Notes: generated from the sequence alone by a model not told the origin. DNA of 58,698 bases from an uncultured Bacilli bacterium (GCA_944358815.1 CALVRX010000026.1:1-58698), one strand, 5' to 3'. Positions 17,878 to 27,860 are shown, numbered from the stretch's first letter. A program made the numbers and translations.

Positions 17878-19602
17878 GTGTTAACATTTTTAATACTTTT
17901 AGTTGTATTATTTTCGATATTTGGTTTAGCCACTTTTGCGGCGCAAAAATTTAAAATAAAATTGGAGTTTGGAATAACTTTTAGTATTGCTTTGATTATT
18001 AGTTTTTTATATCTTTTTAGTTTAGTTAAGTTATTAATGCCTATTACTTTGATTATTTTTGTGATTGGAATTATTTTGGGTATTAGGTATATATTTAAAC
18101 GAGATTTTACTTTAGTTAAAGAAAGTGCTGTTTCGTTGATATTTTCTGGTGTTTTAATTCTTATATTATTTATTACACTTCAAAATATTGTGCCAATTGC
18201 TTTTGATAATTTTTCACATTGGATTTTGATTTCTAGGCAGACTTTAGAGTTTAATAATTTACCCGATGCTTCTAATATTTTAACATCTTATTTTGAATAT
18301 CCACCTGGAAGTACATATTTTATATATTATTTTTGTTTATTTATAGGTAATAGTGAATTTGGTTTAATGCTTAGTCAAGCTATTTTAGAAATATTGCTTT
18401 TAATGCCATTATTTACTTTTGTCTATGGTAAGGGTAAGAAAATATTATATGCTATTATAATGTTATTTGTAATATTTTGTTTAGTTATCGATACTTCAGT
18501 AGCGGATTTACTTGTGGATAGTTTACTTGGTATTACAGCATTAAGTTGTTTTATGTTTTTATTTAAGTATAGGGATAATTTAAGAAAAACATTATTGTTA
18601 TTAATACCATTTAATTTGATGCTTTTATTAATTAAAAATAGTGCGATATTCTTTTATGGAGTAGAGTGTTTATATATTTTATATTTATTAATTAAAGAGA
18701 AGAATAATTGGAAACAAAATATTTTAAATTTAGTAATTGCAATTGTTCCCTTTATGTTATTCATATTATGGAAAATTAGATATAATATTGTTTTTAACTC
18801 TTTAAGTTATGCGGCGGCACAGTCTGTTAGTTTGAGTAGTTATAAAGCTAATTTAGCATCGAAAACATTAGGGGATATTAAAGATATTATTATTATTTTT
18901 CTTAAAAATTTAGTTAATGTACATAATTTATATATTGTAATTATGTTTGTCTTATTTATTGGTATTATTGTTTATTATTTTGTAAACAAAAAATCTAAAA
19001 AGAAACAAGTTGCGGGAAAAAAGATTATTATTTTCTTATTGATTGTGCTTGGAATTTATTTATCTTATGCGTTTTCTTTGCTTTTTGCTTATATTGTATC
19101 GATGACTTTAGATGAGGCTTTACGCTTGGCTTGTTTTGACCGTTATATTTATTCTGTAATCATATTTATTATAGGTATTGTGTTGGTTGTGTATTTTACT
19201 TTTGTAAAAGATTCAAAGTGGATAAACTATGCTTTAGTAATTGGTTTTGTTGTAATTATTGTTTTTTCTAAAAATACACTTAATTTAATTGGTGTGCAAG
19301 ATTATAAGAATTCTACTAGATATGAGATTGAACAAATAATGGATGGTTTTCCAAAGACTGATGCAGATAAAGTACTGGTGATTTCATCTGTGACTAAAGT
19401 CGATGGATATGTTAGGTTTTTACTTACTTATCTTATTAATTCTAACGATTATACTTTAATTCAAGATACTAATCAACTTAATGATATAGATATTAGAAAA
19501 TATAAGTATATTATTACTACAGATAAGGACGAAAATGTTAAAAAGTTTTTAGATAAAAAGACAAATTACAATGGGAAATTAGGCTGGTATGAAGTAAAGT
19601 AA
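17878..19602 (+). CDS. Large polytopic membrane protein, GT-C-like candidate, with a C-terminal soluble domain
   Basis: 574 aa with about 12 hydrophobic helices and then a ~110-aa hydrophilic C-terminus. GTG start follows a GGAGTGG RBS. I recognise no specific family motif. Confidence 0.4.
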   Translation: MLTFLILLVVLFSIFGLATFAAQKFKIKLEFGITFSIALIISFLYLFSLVKLLMPITLIIFVIGIILGIRYIFKRDFTLVKESAVSLIFSGVLILILFITLQNIVPIAFDNFSHWILISRQTLEFNNLPDASNILTSYFEYPPGSTYFIYYFCLFIGNSEFGLMLSQAILEILLLMPLFTFVYGKGKKILYAIIMLFVIFCLVIDTSVADLLVDSLLGITALSCFMFLFKYRDNLRKTLLLLIPFNLMLLLIKNSAIFFYGVECLYILYLLIKEKNNWKQNILNLVIAIVPFMLFILWKIRYNIVFNSLSYAAAQSVSLSSYKANLASKTLGDIKDIIIIFLKNLVNVHNLYIVIMFVLFIGIIVYYFVNKKSKKKQVAGKKIIIFLLIVLGIYLSYAFSLLFAYIVSMTLDEALRLACFDRYIYSVIIFIIGIVLVVYFTFVKDSKWINYALVIGFVVIIVFSKNTLNLIGVQDYKNSTRYEIEQIMDGFPKTDADKVLVISSVTKVDGYVRFLLTYLINSNDYTLIQDTNQLNDIDIRKYKYIITTDKDENVKKFLDKKTNYNGKLGWYEVK

Positions 19603-19612
19603 TGGTGATGTT

Positions 19613-21391
19613 ATGAAATTATTGATTAGTGAAATAAAAAAATATAAAAGACATATTTTAAATTTATTTTTAGCTTTTATTAGTTATTTAGCAATTTTAA
19701 TTTATTTTAAAATTATATTTTCTAATGATTCTTATAATTTTTTACTATTGGTGTTATTTTTCTTGTTATTTGCTTTTTTTTATAAATATTTAGAAAAATA
19801 TAAAAAATTAGATAAAAGAACTAGACTTTTTAGTTTAATTTTATCGATTATTTTGAGTGTGATTTTAACTCTTGGAAGTTTAGTTAGTTCATATACATAT
19901 CAACCTACAGGACTTATATTTAATTTTCATAGAGTAATATATTTGATTGTTGGAATTATTGGTTTTAGCTTGCTTTTTAAGATACCTATTGGTTTTATTT
20001 TAAAAAAGAATCCTATAGTTTCTACTGATGAAAACAGAAAAATGTCTAAAAAAGGATTTTGGAGTATTGTTTTAGTATTTATAGTATGCTGGATACCATA
20101 TTTTTTAAGATATTTTCCGGCAGTGATGACACCTGATTCTTATTATATTATTCATTTTGTAAAGAATTTAGAATTAAATGATTTTCATGCGTTTGGTCAT
20201 ACTTGGTTTTTTGGGATATTTTATTATATTGGTAAATTTATTTTTCATAATATGAATATGGCAGTGGCATTTTACATTATAATTCAGATGATTATTTGTG
20301 CCTTAATTTTTGCTTATATGATCAAATTTTTATATGAAAAGTCTGTTAAAAATATTTATTTAATTATATTTACTTTATTTTTAGCTTTATCACCTTTATT
20401 TGCTATTTATAGTATTACCTTATGGCGCGATATTTTATTTAGTATGGCTTTTGTAACTTTATTTATATCTTTATATAAATTTGTAGATAATAATTATGAA
20501 TTAAAAGTGTCAATGGTTATTATGTATATTTTGTCAGTGCTTGTAATTTTATTTTTTAGAAATAATGGAATATATATTATTTTACTTTTTATTCCTTTCT
20601 TTATATGGCTGGCAAAGAAACATAGAAAAATTATATTATTTGGTAATTTAGGTATTGTTATTTTATATTTTGTGATTAAAGGACCTATATTTACTTATTT
20701 TGGTGTTCAAAAAACAACTTCTGTAGAGGCGTTTTCTATTCCTTTACAGCAAATAGCTAGGGTAATTGTAAATGATGGCAATATTGATAAAGATACTTAT
20801 AAGTATTTATCTGGTATTTTGGATATTAAAAAAGTGAAGAAAACTTATGACTCAACTATTTCTGATTATGTGAAAAGAGCTACAAATAACAATAAATTAT
20901 CTAATGATAAGTTGAAATTTTTTGTTACTTGGTTAAAAATTGGTGTTGATAATCCAAGAATATATATTGATAGTTATCTTTTATCTACACTTGGTTATTG
21001 GTATCCTGATGTAATTTATTGGGCAACAGCAGGGGAGAGTAATAGTATTTTTGAGGATGTTGATGTTCATTCTGATCCAATTATTTTAGATTCAGTGCCT
21101 TTTGATAAGTTAACTTCTAGAAAAATTCCATTATCTAGTATTCTTTGGAGTATTGGTACGATGGTTATAATTTTGATAATTTCAACTTGTATTTTACTTT
21201 ATAAGAAACAAGGAAAATATTTACTCGCATATATTCCCCTTTATTGTTTATGGCTTTCTTTGATGCTTGCAAGTCCAGTGTTTGCGGAGTTAAGATATAT
21301 TTATGGTTTATTTGCCTGCATGCCTTTACTTATTTGTGTTCCACTATTAAAATCTTCTAGATATAAGAGGGGTAATAATGGCAAAAATTAA
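19613..21391 (+). CDS. Large polytopic membrane protein, GT-C-like candidate (DUF6020-like)
   Basis: 592 aa with multiple TM helices. YFPAVMTPDSYYIIHF lies in an early loop and a ~140-aa extracytoplasmic loop lies near the C-terminus. Confidence 0.4.
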   Translation: MKLLISEIKKYKRHILNLFLAFISYLAILIYFKIIFSNDSYNFLLLVLFFLLFAFFYKYLEKYKKLDKRTRLFSLILSIILSVILTLGSLVSSYTYQPTGLIFNFHRVIYLIVGIIGFSLLFKIPIGFILKKNPIVSTDENRKMSKKGFWSIVLVFIVCWIPYFLRYFPAVMTPDSYYIIHFVKNLELNDFHAFGHTWFFGIFYYIGKFIFHNMNMAVAFYIIIQMIICALIFAYMIKFLYEKSVKNIYLIIFTLFLALSPLFAIYSITLWRDILFSMAFVTLFISLYKFVDNNYELKVSMVIMYILSVLVILFFRNNGIYIILLFIPFFIWLAKKHRKIILFGNLGIVILYFVIKGPIFTYFGVQKTTSVEAFSIPLQQIARVIVNDGNIDKDTYKYLSGILDIKKVKKTYDSTISDYVKRATNNNKLSNDKLKFFVTWLKIGVDNPRIYIDSYLLSTLGYWYPDVIYWATAGESNSIFEDVDVHSDPIILDSVPFDKLTSRKIPLSSILWSIGTMVIILIISTCILLYKKQGKYLLAYIPLYCLWLSLMLASPVFAELRYIYGLFACMPLLICVPLLKSSRYKRGNNGKN

Positions 21392-22430
21392 GGAGAGAAA
21401 TTTTGGGTTAGATATTATTAGAACATGTGCAGTGTTTTTTGTAGTATCTGTTCACAATTTTTTATATCAACAATATTATAATATGCCATTAGATACCGCT
21501 GGTAAATTTATATTAACTTTTGTTCGAGAACTTTTTTACATTTGTGTCCCACTTTTTTTGCTACTAACAGGGTATTTAAATGGTAAAGCGAAGCCTAATA
21601 AACAATATTTTATAAAGATTATTAAAATTTTGATTAGTTGGTTTTTAATTTCTTTGATTTGTATTGGTTATTCTGAATTTGTTTTAAATGAAGATGTTTA
21701 CTGGGTACAGAGAATTGTCAGTTTATTTAATTTTACTGCTGATGGTTATGGATGGTATGTTGAGATGTATATTGGTTTGTTTTTAATGATTCCATTTTTA
21801 AATATTTTATATGACAATTTGGATAATAAAAAGTCATTGATTATTATTATGTTTGTTATTACTGCGCTACCACCTTTATTTAGTGGTACAGTATTTAATG
21901 GGGTAGCTTTAGATGTTATGCCTGATTATTGGACTGTTTGTTATCCTATTACTTTTTATTTCTTAGGTCGATATTTAAAAGACAATCCTTTAAAATTATC
22001 TTTAATTAAAAAAATTATTTTAATTATCGTGTTATTATTAGTTCAAAGTTTATTAATGTATTTTTATGTTAATAAAAATACATTTTCCTGGAGCTTTTTA
22101 GGTGGATATGGTAATTTATTTACTACGGTTATAGCAGTATTATTCTTTTCATTATTTACTAATTTAAAGTGTAATATTAAACCGATTAAAGTGGTTGTTT
22201 CAAAAATATCATCGGTGGCTTTTGAAATATATTTATGTTCAAAGGTTTTCGATTTAATATATTATCCGTTATTATATAAGTCTGATGGGTATTCTTTTAT
22301 GAATTTTGTATTTAATTATATTAAAATAGTGCCGCTGGTATTTATTAGTTCTTTTGTATTAGCATTACTAATTAATTTTGTAGCTAGTAAACTTTATATT
22401 TTAATAAAAAATAAGTTATTAGCCAAATAA
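21378..22430 (+). CDS. Acyltransferase family 3 (membrane O-acyltransferase, OatA/WecH-like)
   Basis: The FGLDIIRTCAVFFVVSVH N-terminal motif is present, with about 10 TM helices. The start overlaps the upstream gene by 14 nt. Confidence 0.75.
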   Translation: MAKIKERNFGLDIIRTCAVFFVVSVHNFLYQQYYNMPLDTAGKFILTFVRELFYICVPLFLLLTGYLNGKAKPNKQYFIKIIKILISWFLISLICIGYSEFVLNEDVYWVQRIVSLFNFTADGYGWYVEMYIGLFLMIPFLNILYDNLDNKKSLIIIMFVITALPPLFSGTVFNGVALDVMPDYWTVCYPITFYFLGRYLKDNPLKLSLIKKIILIIVLLLVQSLLMYFYVNKNTFSWSFLGGYGNLFTTVIAVLFFSLFTNLKCNIKPIKVVVSKISSVAFEIYLCSKVFDLIYYPLLYKSDGYSFMNFVFNYIKIVPLVFISSFVLALLINFVASKLYILIKNKLLAK

Positions 22431-22431
22431 T

Positions 22432-22458
22432 AAAAGGCTATAGTATTTATAGCCTTTT
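22432..22458. terminator. Bidirectional terminator between the glycan locus and spoIVB
   Basis: Perfect 11-bp stem aaaaggctata/tatagcctttt with loop gtatt. The A- and T-runs are built into the stem arms. Confidence 0.8.
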
Positions 22459-23449
22459 AATTTTCTGCTTCTTCTAACATATTAGTAATAAAAATACCAT
22501 AACCTTTATTTGGGTTATTGACAACAACATGGGTGACGGCGCCTACGATATTGTCTCCTTGAATAATAGGAGAGCCACTCATGCCTTGAATAATACCACC
22601 TGTTTTATTGAGTAAGTTTTTATCAGTAATTTCAAATACAAAATTTTTAGTTTTTTGTTTTTCTGGGTTGATTTGAATGATATTGATGTCATATTCTTTT
22701 ATGTCATTACCATTTAAGACAGTTAGAATTTTGGCTTTTCCTTTTTTAATTTCATTTGGTTGAGCAACGTTATAGGTTTTGTTTTTGTTAATTTGGTCAG
22801 TATAGGTACCAAAGATACCTCTAATTGTATTTTCATCGACAGTACCAGTTACGTTTTCTTTATTGTATTCGGCTTTTTTTTCGCCTGGTGTACCATCAGT
22901 ACTTGGAATTATACCAGTTACTTCGGATGTGAAAATACTACCATCTTTAATTTCAAATGTTTTTCCAGTAGTTTGTTCTTGTATTTCATGACCTAGAGCA
23001 CCAAATTTTTTGGTGGCTGGATCTATGAAGGTTAAGGTACCAATACCAGTTACACTGTCTTTAACATATAAACCGGTTTTGTATATATTATTTTCATCTT
23101 TATATAGTTTTAGGTTTGTTTCTTTTTCTTTATTTTCGCGTTTATATGTTATTTCGATGCTTTCGTCTTTAAGTTTGTTTATTTCAGTTGCCATATCTTC
23201 AATAGAGGATATTTGATTACCATTTATTTTTTCAATAATGTCTCCTGTTTTTAAGCCGGCTTCTTTGGCAGGAGATGTATTATTTACTTCATAAGTTCCA
23301 ACAATGAGGACGCCATCTGAATTTAAAGATATTCCAATATTTTGTCCACCGGCAATTATTCTATCTGAATAGGCAAGAACATTTATTGGAAAAATAGTAA
23401 GGAAAAACAGAAGCAGGAAGATTGATTTTTTAAATTTTTTTAAATACAA
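22457..23449 (-). CDS. spoIVB: SpoIVB peptidase (S55 serine peptidase with PDZ domain)
   Basis: Signal anchor, PDZ (GLKTGDIIEKINGNQISSIEDM), GALGHEI (catalytic His) and GMSGSPII (catalytic Ser). Confidence 0.85.
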   Translation of the reverse strand: MYLKKFKKSIFLLLFFLTIFPINVLAYSDRIIAGGQNIGISLNSDGVLIVGTYEVNNTSPAKEAGLKTGDIIEKINGNQISSIEDMATEINKLKDESIEITYKRENKEKETNLKLYKDENNIYKTGLYVKDSVTGIGTLTFIDPATKKFGALGHEIQEQTTGKTFEIKDGSIFTSEVTGIIPSTDGTPGEKKAEYNKENVTGTVDENTIRGIFGTYTDQINKNKTYNVAQPNEIKKGKAKILTVLNGNDIKEYDINIIQINPEKQKTKNFVFEITDKNLLNKTGGIIQGMSGSPIIQGDNIVGAVTHVVVNNPNKGYGIFITNMLEEAEN

Positions 23450-23653
23450 ATAATCATCTCCTATATAAACAGACTACATTATTATTATGTAGTTATATTG
23501 GGAAAACATAAATAGTATTTTATGGTAAAAGTTTATTATAAATTTAGTGCATTTTAGGTATGTTTTTTCTTGTTTTTTGTTATAAAATGTTGTATATTAG
23601 ATTATAGTGTTTTTGACAATTTAAAATTTTTGAAGAAAGTTTTTGGTGATAGA

Positions 23654-24460
23654 ATGAATAATCTGGTTATGATTACAATTTTATTTTTAGTTATTTTATG
23701 GATATTTATTTATATATTTGATTTTAAGTCATTGTCATTTAAAAAATTTAAATTTAGTAAAGGTAATATTTTAGTTTTAGTGATTTTTTGTATTTCGGCT
23801 TTTTCTATTTTAACCGTTACTGCGAAACAAGATAATGAGGTTTTAGATGACAATAAATTAAAAGAGTTAAAAAATCAGTATTTTGCTTATGAAGACGATA
23901 ATAAATTAACTAATAAAGTTATTGTTGTCGGCGATTCTAGAATGTCATTAATAGAAGATAATAAAGATCTTATGAAACCGTTTAATTTTATTTTTGTAGC
24001 AAAAAGTGGAATGATGATTGATTGGTTAAAAGATGATGCTTTAAAAGAAATCAAGTATATTTTGAGAAATAAGGATTATCATTACAATATTGTTTTAAAT
24101 ATGGGTGTGAATGATTTAAATAATGAAGATTATAATGGTGATGAGATTGCGAAAGATTATTTTAAGATATATCGCGATTTAGCTAAAGAATATCCTGATG
24201 TAAGTGTATATTTATTATCGGTTAATCCAATCGATGATGTACTTATAAATCAAAAATGGAATAATCATAGAACTACGAAGAAAATAAAACTTTTTAACAA
24301 TACAATTCAAAAAGAAATGAAAAAAAGTCATAGAAATAATATGTTTTACTGTGATTCATATAATTCAATTCATTTTGAAACTTATGATGGACTTCATTAT
24401 ACCGACGATACTAATAAAAGAATTATGAATTATATTATCAATGATTGTGTACAATATTAA
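23654..24460 (+). CDS. Membrane-anchored SGNH/GDSL-type hydrolase
   Basis: Two N-terminal TM segments, then VIVVGDSRMS (block I), MGVNDL (block III) and DGLHYT (block V). ATG 23654 is preferred over the upstream TTG-frame extension. Confidence 0.6.
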   Translation: MNNLVMITILFLVILWIFIYIFDFKSLSFKKFKFSKGNILVLVIFCISAFSILTVTAKQDNEVLDDNKLKELKNQYFAYEDDNKLTNKVIVVGDSRMSLIEDNKDLMKPFNFIFVAKSGMMIDWLKDDALKEIKYILRNKDYHYNIVLNMGVNDLNNEDYNGDEIAKDYFKIYRDLAKEYPDVSVYLLSVNPIDDVLINQKWNNHRTTKKIKLFNNTIQKEMKKSHRNNMFYCDSYNSIHFETYDGLHYTDDTNKRIMNYIINDCVQY

Positions 24461-24491
24461 AGCGTTTACTAATAGTGGTAAACGCTTTTTT
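24461..24491. terminator. Terminator shared by the SGNH gene (+) and the small peptide gene (-)
   Basis: Stem agcgtttac/gtaaacgct with an 8-nt loop, followed by ttttt. Confidence 0.7.
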
Positions 24492-24579
24492 ATACATAAA
24501 CAAATAGACCTGCGATAAAGAAGGCAATTATGCCGATAAGCATAATCCATACAGCTATTTTTTGTACTTTAGAATTCAT
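24490..24579 (-). CDS. Unannotated 29-aa hydrophobic peptide (MNSKVQKIAVWIMLIGIIAFFIAGLFVYV)
   Basis: A GAGGTGA RBS lies 5 nt upstream of the ATG and there is a single TM-like helix. The stop abuts the hairpin at 24461-24486. The ORF is below the ORF-track size cut-off. Confidence 0.45.
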   Translation of the reverse strand: MNSKVQKIAVWIMLIGIIAFFIAGLFVYV

Positions 24580-24666
24580 GTAATCACCTCTTAATAATTA
24601 TATACTATTTTTTATTTTTTTGGAATATTTTTTTTAAAAAATAATATAATTGGATGAGGGATAAAT

Positions 24667-25296
24667 ATGAAAAAATATATGGACATATTAAGAAGTAATA
24701 TTCGGATTAATAAAAATTTATTTGTATTTTTAGTGGTGATAGTGGCAGTGGGAGTGGCTGCTGGAAGTGTTTTTGTGACAATTTTAAATAGTGATGATAA
24801 GGTAATGGTAAGTGAGTATTTAAATAGTTTTTTGACTAGTTTAAATGGTAATAATTTAAATTATAGTGGAACGCTTATTAATACTTTGATTTTTACGGTT
24901 GGTATGGCATTACTTATTTGGCTTTTAGGTATATCTATAATTGGATTTATTTTAATATTATTATTTTTATTTATTAAAGCGTTTTCTTTAGGTTTTTCGA
25001 TAGCTAGTATTATTATTAATTTTAATTTTAAAGGTGTTTTAATAGCACTAGCTTATGTGGTTCCACATCACGTGATAAATATGATGATTTATTTGCTTAT
25101 ATCTTCATATGCTTTAGTTTTATCATATAAATTAATTAGTAGTTTTAGTAAAAAGAAAAATTTTGATTTTAAAAATATTTTTAATAGATATTTGTTTATA
25201 CTTTTATTTTCTATTATAATTTTATTTATTAGTGTTTTATATGAGGTGTATTTAGCACCACAAATAATTAATTTTATTGTTACATTTTTAAATTAA
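24667..25296 (+). CDS. spoIIM: Stage II sporulation protein M-like membrane protein
   Basis: 209 aa with five TM helices. The VPHHVINMMIYLL region is typical of the SpoIIM family. spoIVB and xerD lie nearby, as in Bacillus. Confidence 0.55.
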   Translation: MKKYMDILRSNIRINKNLFVFLVVIVAVGVAAGSVFVTILNSDDKVMVSEYLNSFLTSLNGNNLNYSGTLINTLIFTVGMALLIWLLGISIIGFILILLFLFIKAFSLGFSIASIIINFNFKGVLIALAYVVPHHVINMMIYLLISSYALVLSYKLISSFSKKKNFDFKNIFNRYLFILLFSIIILFISVLYEVYLAPQIINFIVTFLN

Positions 25297-25297
25297 T

Positions 25298-25320
25298 ATA
25301 GCTTTTAAGCTATTTTTTTT
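25298..25320 (+). terminator. Terminator after the spoIIM-like gene
   Basis: Short stem atagct/agctat followed by tttttttt. Confidence 0.5.
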
Positions 25321-25351
25321 GTATAATATTTACTAGAAAAGAAGGGATAAT

Positions 25352-26440
25352 ATGTCAAAAGTTGTTGTTGGAATGAGTGGGGGAGTAGATAGCAGTGTTG
25401 CGGCTATAATACTACAAAAACAAGGATATGAAGTAATTGGACTTTTTATGAGAAACTGGGATAGTACAATTAACAATGATTTTTTAGGTAATCCTAATGA
25501 TTTAAATGATATTTGTCCGCAGGAGAAAGATTATAATGATGCTTTAAAAGTGTGTGAGAAGTTGGGGATTCCTTTAAAGCGAGTAGATTTTGTTAAGGAA
25601 TACTGGGATTTTGTATTTACTTATTTTTTAGATGAACTAAAGAAAGGCAGAACCCCTAATCCAGATGTAATGTGTAATAAGTATATTAAGTTTGATATGT
25701 TTGCGAAAGAAGCTGTTAAATTAGGGGCAGATTATATTGCGACGGGTCATTATGCGCGGTTAATCGATGGTAAATTATATAAGGGATTAGATAAAAATAA
25801 AGATCAAACTTATTTTTTATCACAGGTTTCTAAAAAGCAATTGGAAAATGTTTTATTTCCAGTAGGGGAATTACAAAAAAGTGAAGTGAGAAAGATTGCT
25901 CATGAGTATGGATTAATTACTGCAGATAAAAAAGATTCGACGGGTATTTGTTTCATTGGTGAACGTAATTTTAAACAATTTTTAGAAAATTATTTGCCTA
26001 ATAATCCTGGCAATATTGTAAATATTGATACTGGTGAGGTTTTAGGAAAGCATTCAGGACTTATGTATTATACGATTGGTCAAAGAAGAGGTTTAAATAT
26101 TGGTGGAACTAAAGAGAGAATGTTTGTCTGTAAAAAAGATTTGGACAAAAATATTTTATATGTGGCTATTGGTGATGAAAATAAGTATTTGATGAGTTAT
26201 GCGTGTGAGATTGAGGATGTAAATTTACTTGATGCGCTTCCTAAGAAATGTATGGCGAAGTTTCGTTATAGACAGGCAGATAATGAGGTGTATCCAGAAA
26301 AATTAGATAATGGGAATGTTTTAGTTAAGTATCCACAAGGTGTTAAAGCGGTTACCGAAGGTCAGGCATGTGTATTTTATAATGGCGATGAATGTTTAGG
26401 TGGTGGCATTATTAAAACGGTTTATAAGGAGAAAAAGTAG
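25352..26440 (+). CDS. mnmA: tRNA-specific 2-thiouridylase (tRNA 5-methylaminomethyl-2-thiouridine synthesis)
   Basis: [15 protein letters not shown] (PP-loop), [23 protein letters not shown] and [11 protein letters not shown]. Confidence 0.9.
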   Translation: MSKVVVGMSGGVDSSVAAIILQKQGYEVIGLFMRNWDSTINNDFLGNPNDLNDICPQEKDYNDALKVCEKLGIPLKRVDFVKEYWDFVFTYFLDELKKGRTPNPDVMCNKYIKFDMFAKEAVKLGADYIATGHYARLIDGKLYKGLDKNKDQTYFLSQVSKKQLENVLFPVGELQKSEVRKIAHEYGLITADKKDSTGICFIGERNFKQFLENYLPNNPGNIVNIDTGEVLGKHSGLMYYTIGQRRGLNIGGTKERMFVCKKDLDKNILYVAIGDENKYLMSYACEIEDVNLLDALPKKCMAKFRYRQADNEVYPEKLDNGNVLVKYPQGVKAVTEGQACVFYNGDECLGGGIIKTVYKEKK

Positions 26441-26443
26441 TTT

Positions 26444-26857
26444 ATGGATAAATTGAAATATTTATTAAAAAAATATAAATTTATCATTTTATATGGTTTT
26501 TTTGGAGTTTTAACTACAATTATTAATATTGCTGTATATGGTTTTTTATATAGTATTTGTGGAGTTTCCAATGTTATTAGCAATATTATAGCTTGGGTGT
26601 TATCTGTTTTATTTGCGTTTGTTACTAATAAATTATGGGTATTTGAAAGTAAAAGTTTCAAATTTAAGTTATTTTTGACAGAACTATGTAATTTTATTTT
26701 ATGTAGATTAGCAACCGGTGTTTTAGATTTAGGTATTATGTTTGTTGGTGTCGATTTATTAAAGGGTCCAGCGATTGTTTTAAAGGTTGTATCTAATGTA
26801 ATAGTTATTATATTAAATTATATTATGAGCAAGGTATTGGTTTTTAAAAAAAAATAA
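26444..26857 (+). CDS. GtrA-family membrane protein
   Basis: 137 aa with 4 TM helices. FIILYGFFGVLTTIINIAVY..AFVTNKLWVFES is typical of GtrA-like proteins. Confidence 0.65.
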   Translation: MDKLKYLLKKYKFIILYGFFGVLTTIINIAVYGFLYSICGVSNVISNIIAWVLSVLFAFVTNKLWVFESKSFKFKLFLTELCNFILCRLATGVLDLGIMFVGVDLLKGPAIVLKVVSNVIVIILNYIMSKVLVFKKK

Positions 26858-26991
26858 ATAATTTTCTACTTAATATTGGATGTTTTTTACTATTTTATTT
26901 AAACATATATTCTGTTGACAAAATTTTACATTTTGCTTGACTTTGATAGGGGAGTTGGGTTAAAATGTAATAGTAGGAGGGTTACAAACTT

Positions 26992-27777
26992 ATGGAAAGA
27001 TTAAATGACATTTTAAGAGAACTTGGTATATCTAAAGTAAAATTAGCTAAGTGTTTGGGTGTTTCAAGACAGATGATTTATAATTATTTGGAACTCGATG
27101 ATATTAATAAGTGGCCAAAAGATAAAAAAGTTATTTTACTTAATATTTTAGGAATTAAATCAGCTGATGAACTTAATAATATTAAGGTTGATACTGATTA
27201 TATTATGGATGTTGAAACTAGAATTAATAGTTTATTTGAAAATTCCAATAAAAGTGAACTTGGTGACAGTAATGTTATTTTTTCTGGTTTGGATGATAAA
27301 AGGAAAGAACTTTTACATAACATTGTCGATGAGGTTAAAGAACGCTTAGAGGATGAAAAAGATGAAGAAGGTTATCATTCTATGTTATACCTTTATCATT
27401 GTTTACAGTCAATGGAAAGTATGCGAGAGCTTAAATTTATTTTAGCTTATGTATCTAAAGTTGGCGGATATACTAAACCATATGAATTTGTATACGATGA
27501 GACTGAACAATTTGTATTTGAAAGTATATTATTTTCTGCATTTAATTTGTATCATGCCGGAACTTCTAGTAAAACTAGGATAGCTGAGACTCATAAACGT
27601 TTTGTGGCACAGATTGAACATAAATTAGAAGATAAAATGAGTAGAACTTTGGAAATTAATTCTGCTAAAGTACAAGCTATGAAGGAACTAGGTTATACAG
27701 AGGTTAATGATGAAAATGTTGCAGAAATATTATATAAAATAGATGAAATTCAAGCTCGTAAAGCTCGTAATAATTAA
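26992..27777 (+). CDS. XRE-type HTH domain protein with a large uncharacterised C-terminal domain
   Basis: The N-terminus LNDILRELGISKVKLAKCLGVSRQMIYNYL is a helix-turn-helix. I do not recognise the remaining ~200 aa. Confidence 0.55.
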   Translation: MERLNDILRELGISKVKLAKCLGVSRQMIYNYLELDDINKWPKDKKVILLNILGIKSADELNNIKVDTDYIMDVETRINSLFENSNKSELGDSNVIFSGLDDKRKELLHNIVDEVKERLEDEKDEEGYHSMLYLYHCLQSMESMRELKFILAYVSKVGGYTKPYEFVYDETEQFVFESILFSAFNLYHAGTSSKTRIAETHKRFVAQIEHKLEDKMSRTLEINSAKVQAMKELGYTEVNDENVAEILYKIDEIQARKARNN

Positions 27778-27802
27778 TCCGATAATATATGTTATGTTAA
27801 CT
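27775..27802. other. dif: Candidate chromosome dimer resolution site dif (XerC/XerD target)
   Basis: The sequence is TAATCCGATAA-TATATG-TTATGTTAACT. The XerD arm matches 10 of 11 positions against both E. coli (TTATGTTAAAT) and B. subtilis (TTATGTAAACT). The centre matches 5 of 6 against B. subtilis TATATA. The left arm ends in ATAA as in E. coli GCGCATAA. The site lies exactly at the gene-orientation switch. Confidence 0.65.
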
Positions 27803-27819
27803 TGTATATTAAAGTGGAT

Positions 27820-27860
27820 GAGTAGTGTTTAAATTATGCTTTAAATACTACTCTTTTTTT
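27820..27860 (+). terminator. Strong terminator after the HTH gene
   Basis: 14-bp stem gagtagtgtttaaa/tttaaatactactc (one G-U pair) with a 6-nt loop, followed by ttttttt. Confidence 0.8.

Noticed and set aside
23450-23653. Hairpin actacat-N7-atgtagt (23473-23493) and possible sigma-F/G promoter upstream of spoIVB.
   Set aside because: The hairpin lacks a U-run and I could not match sporulation-sigma consensus boxes with confidence. It is left unannotated.
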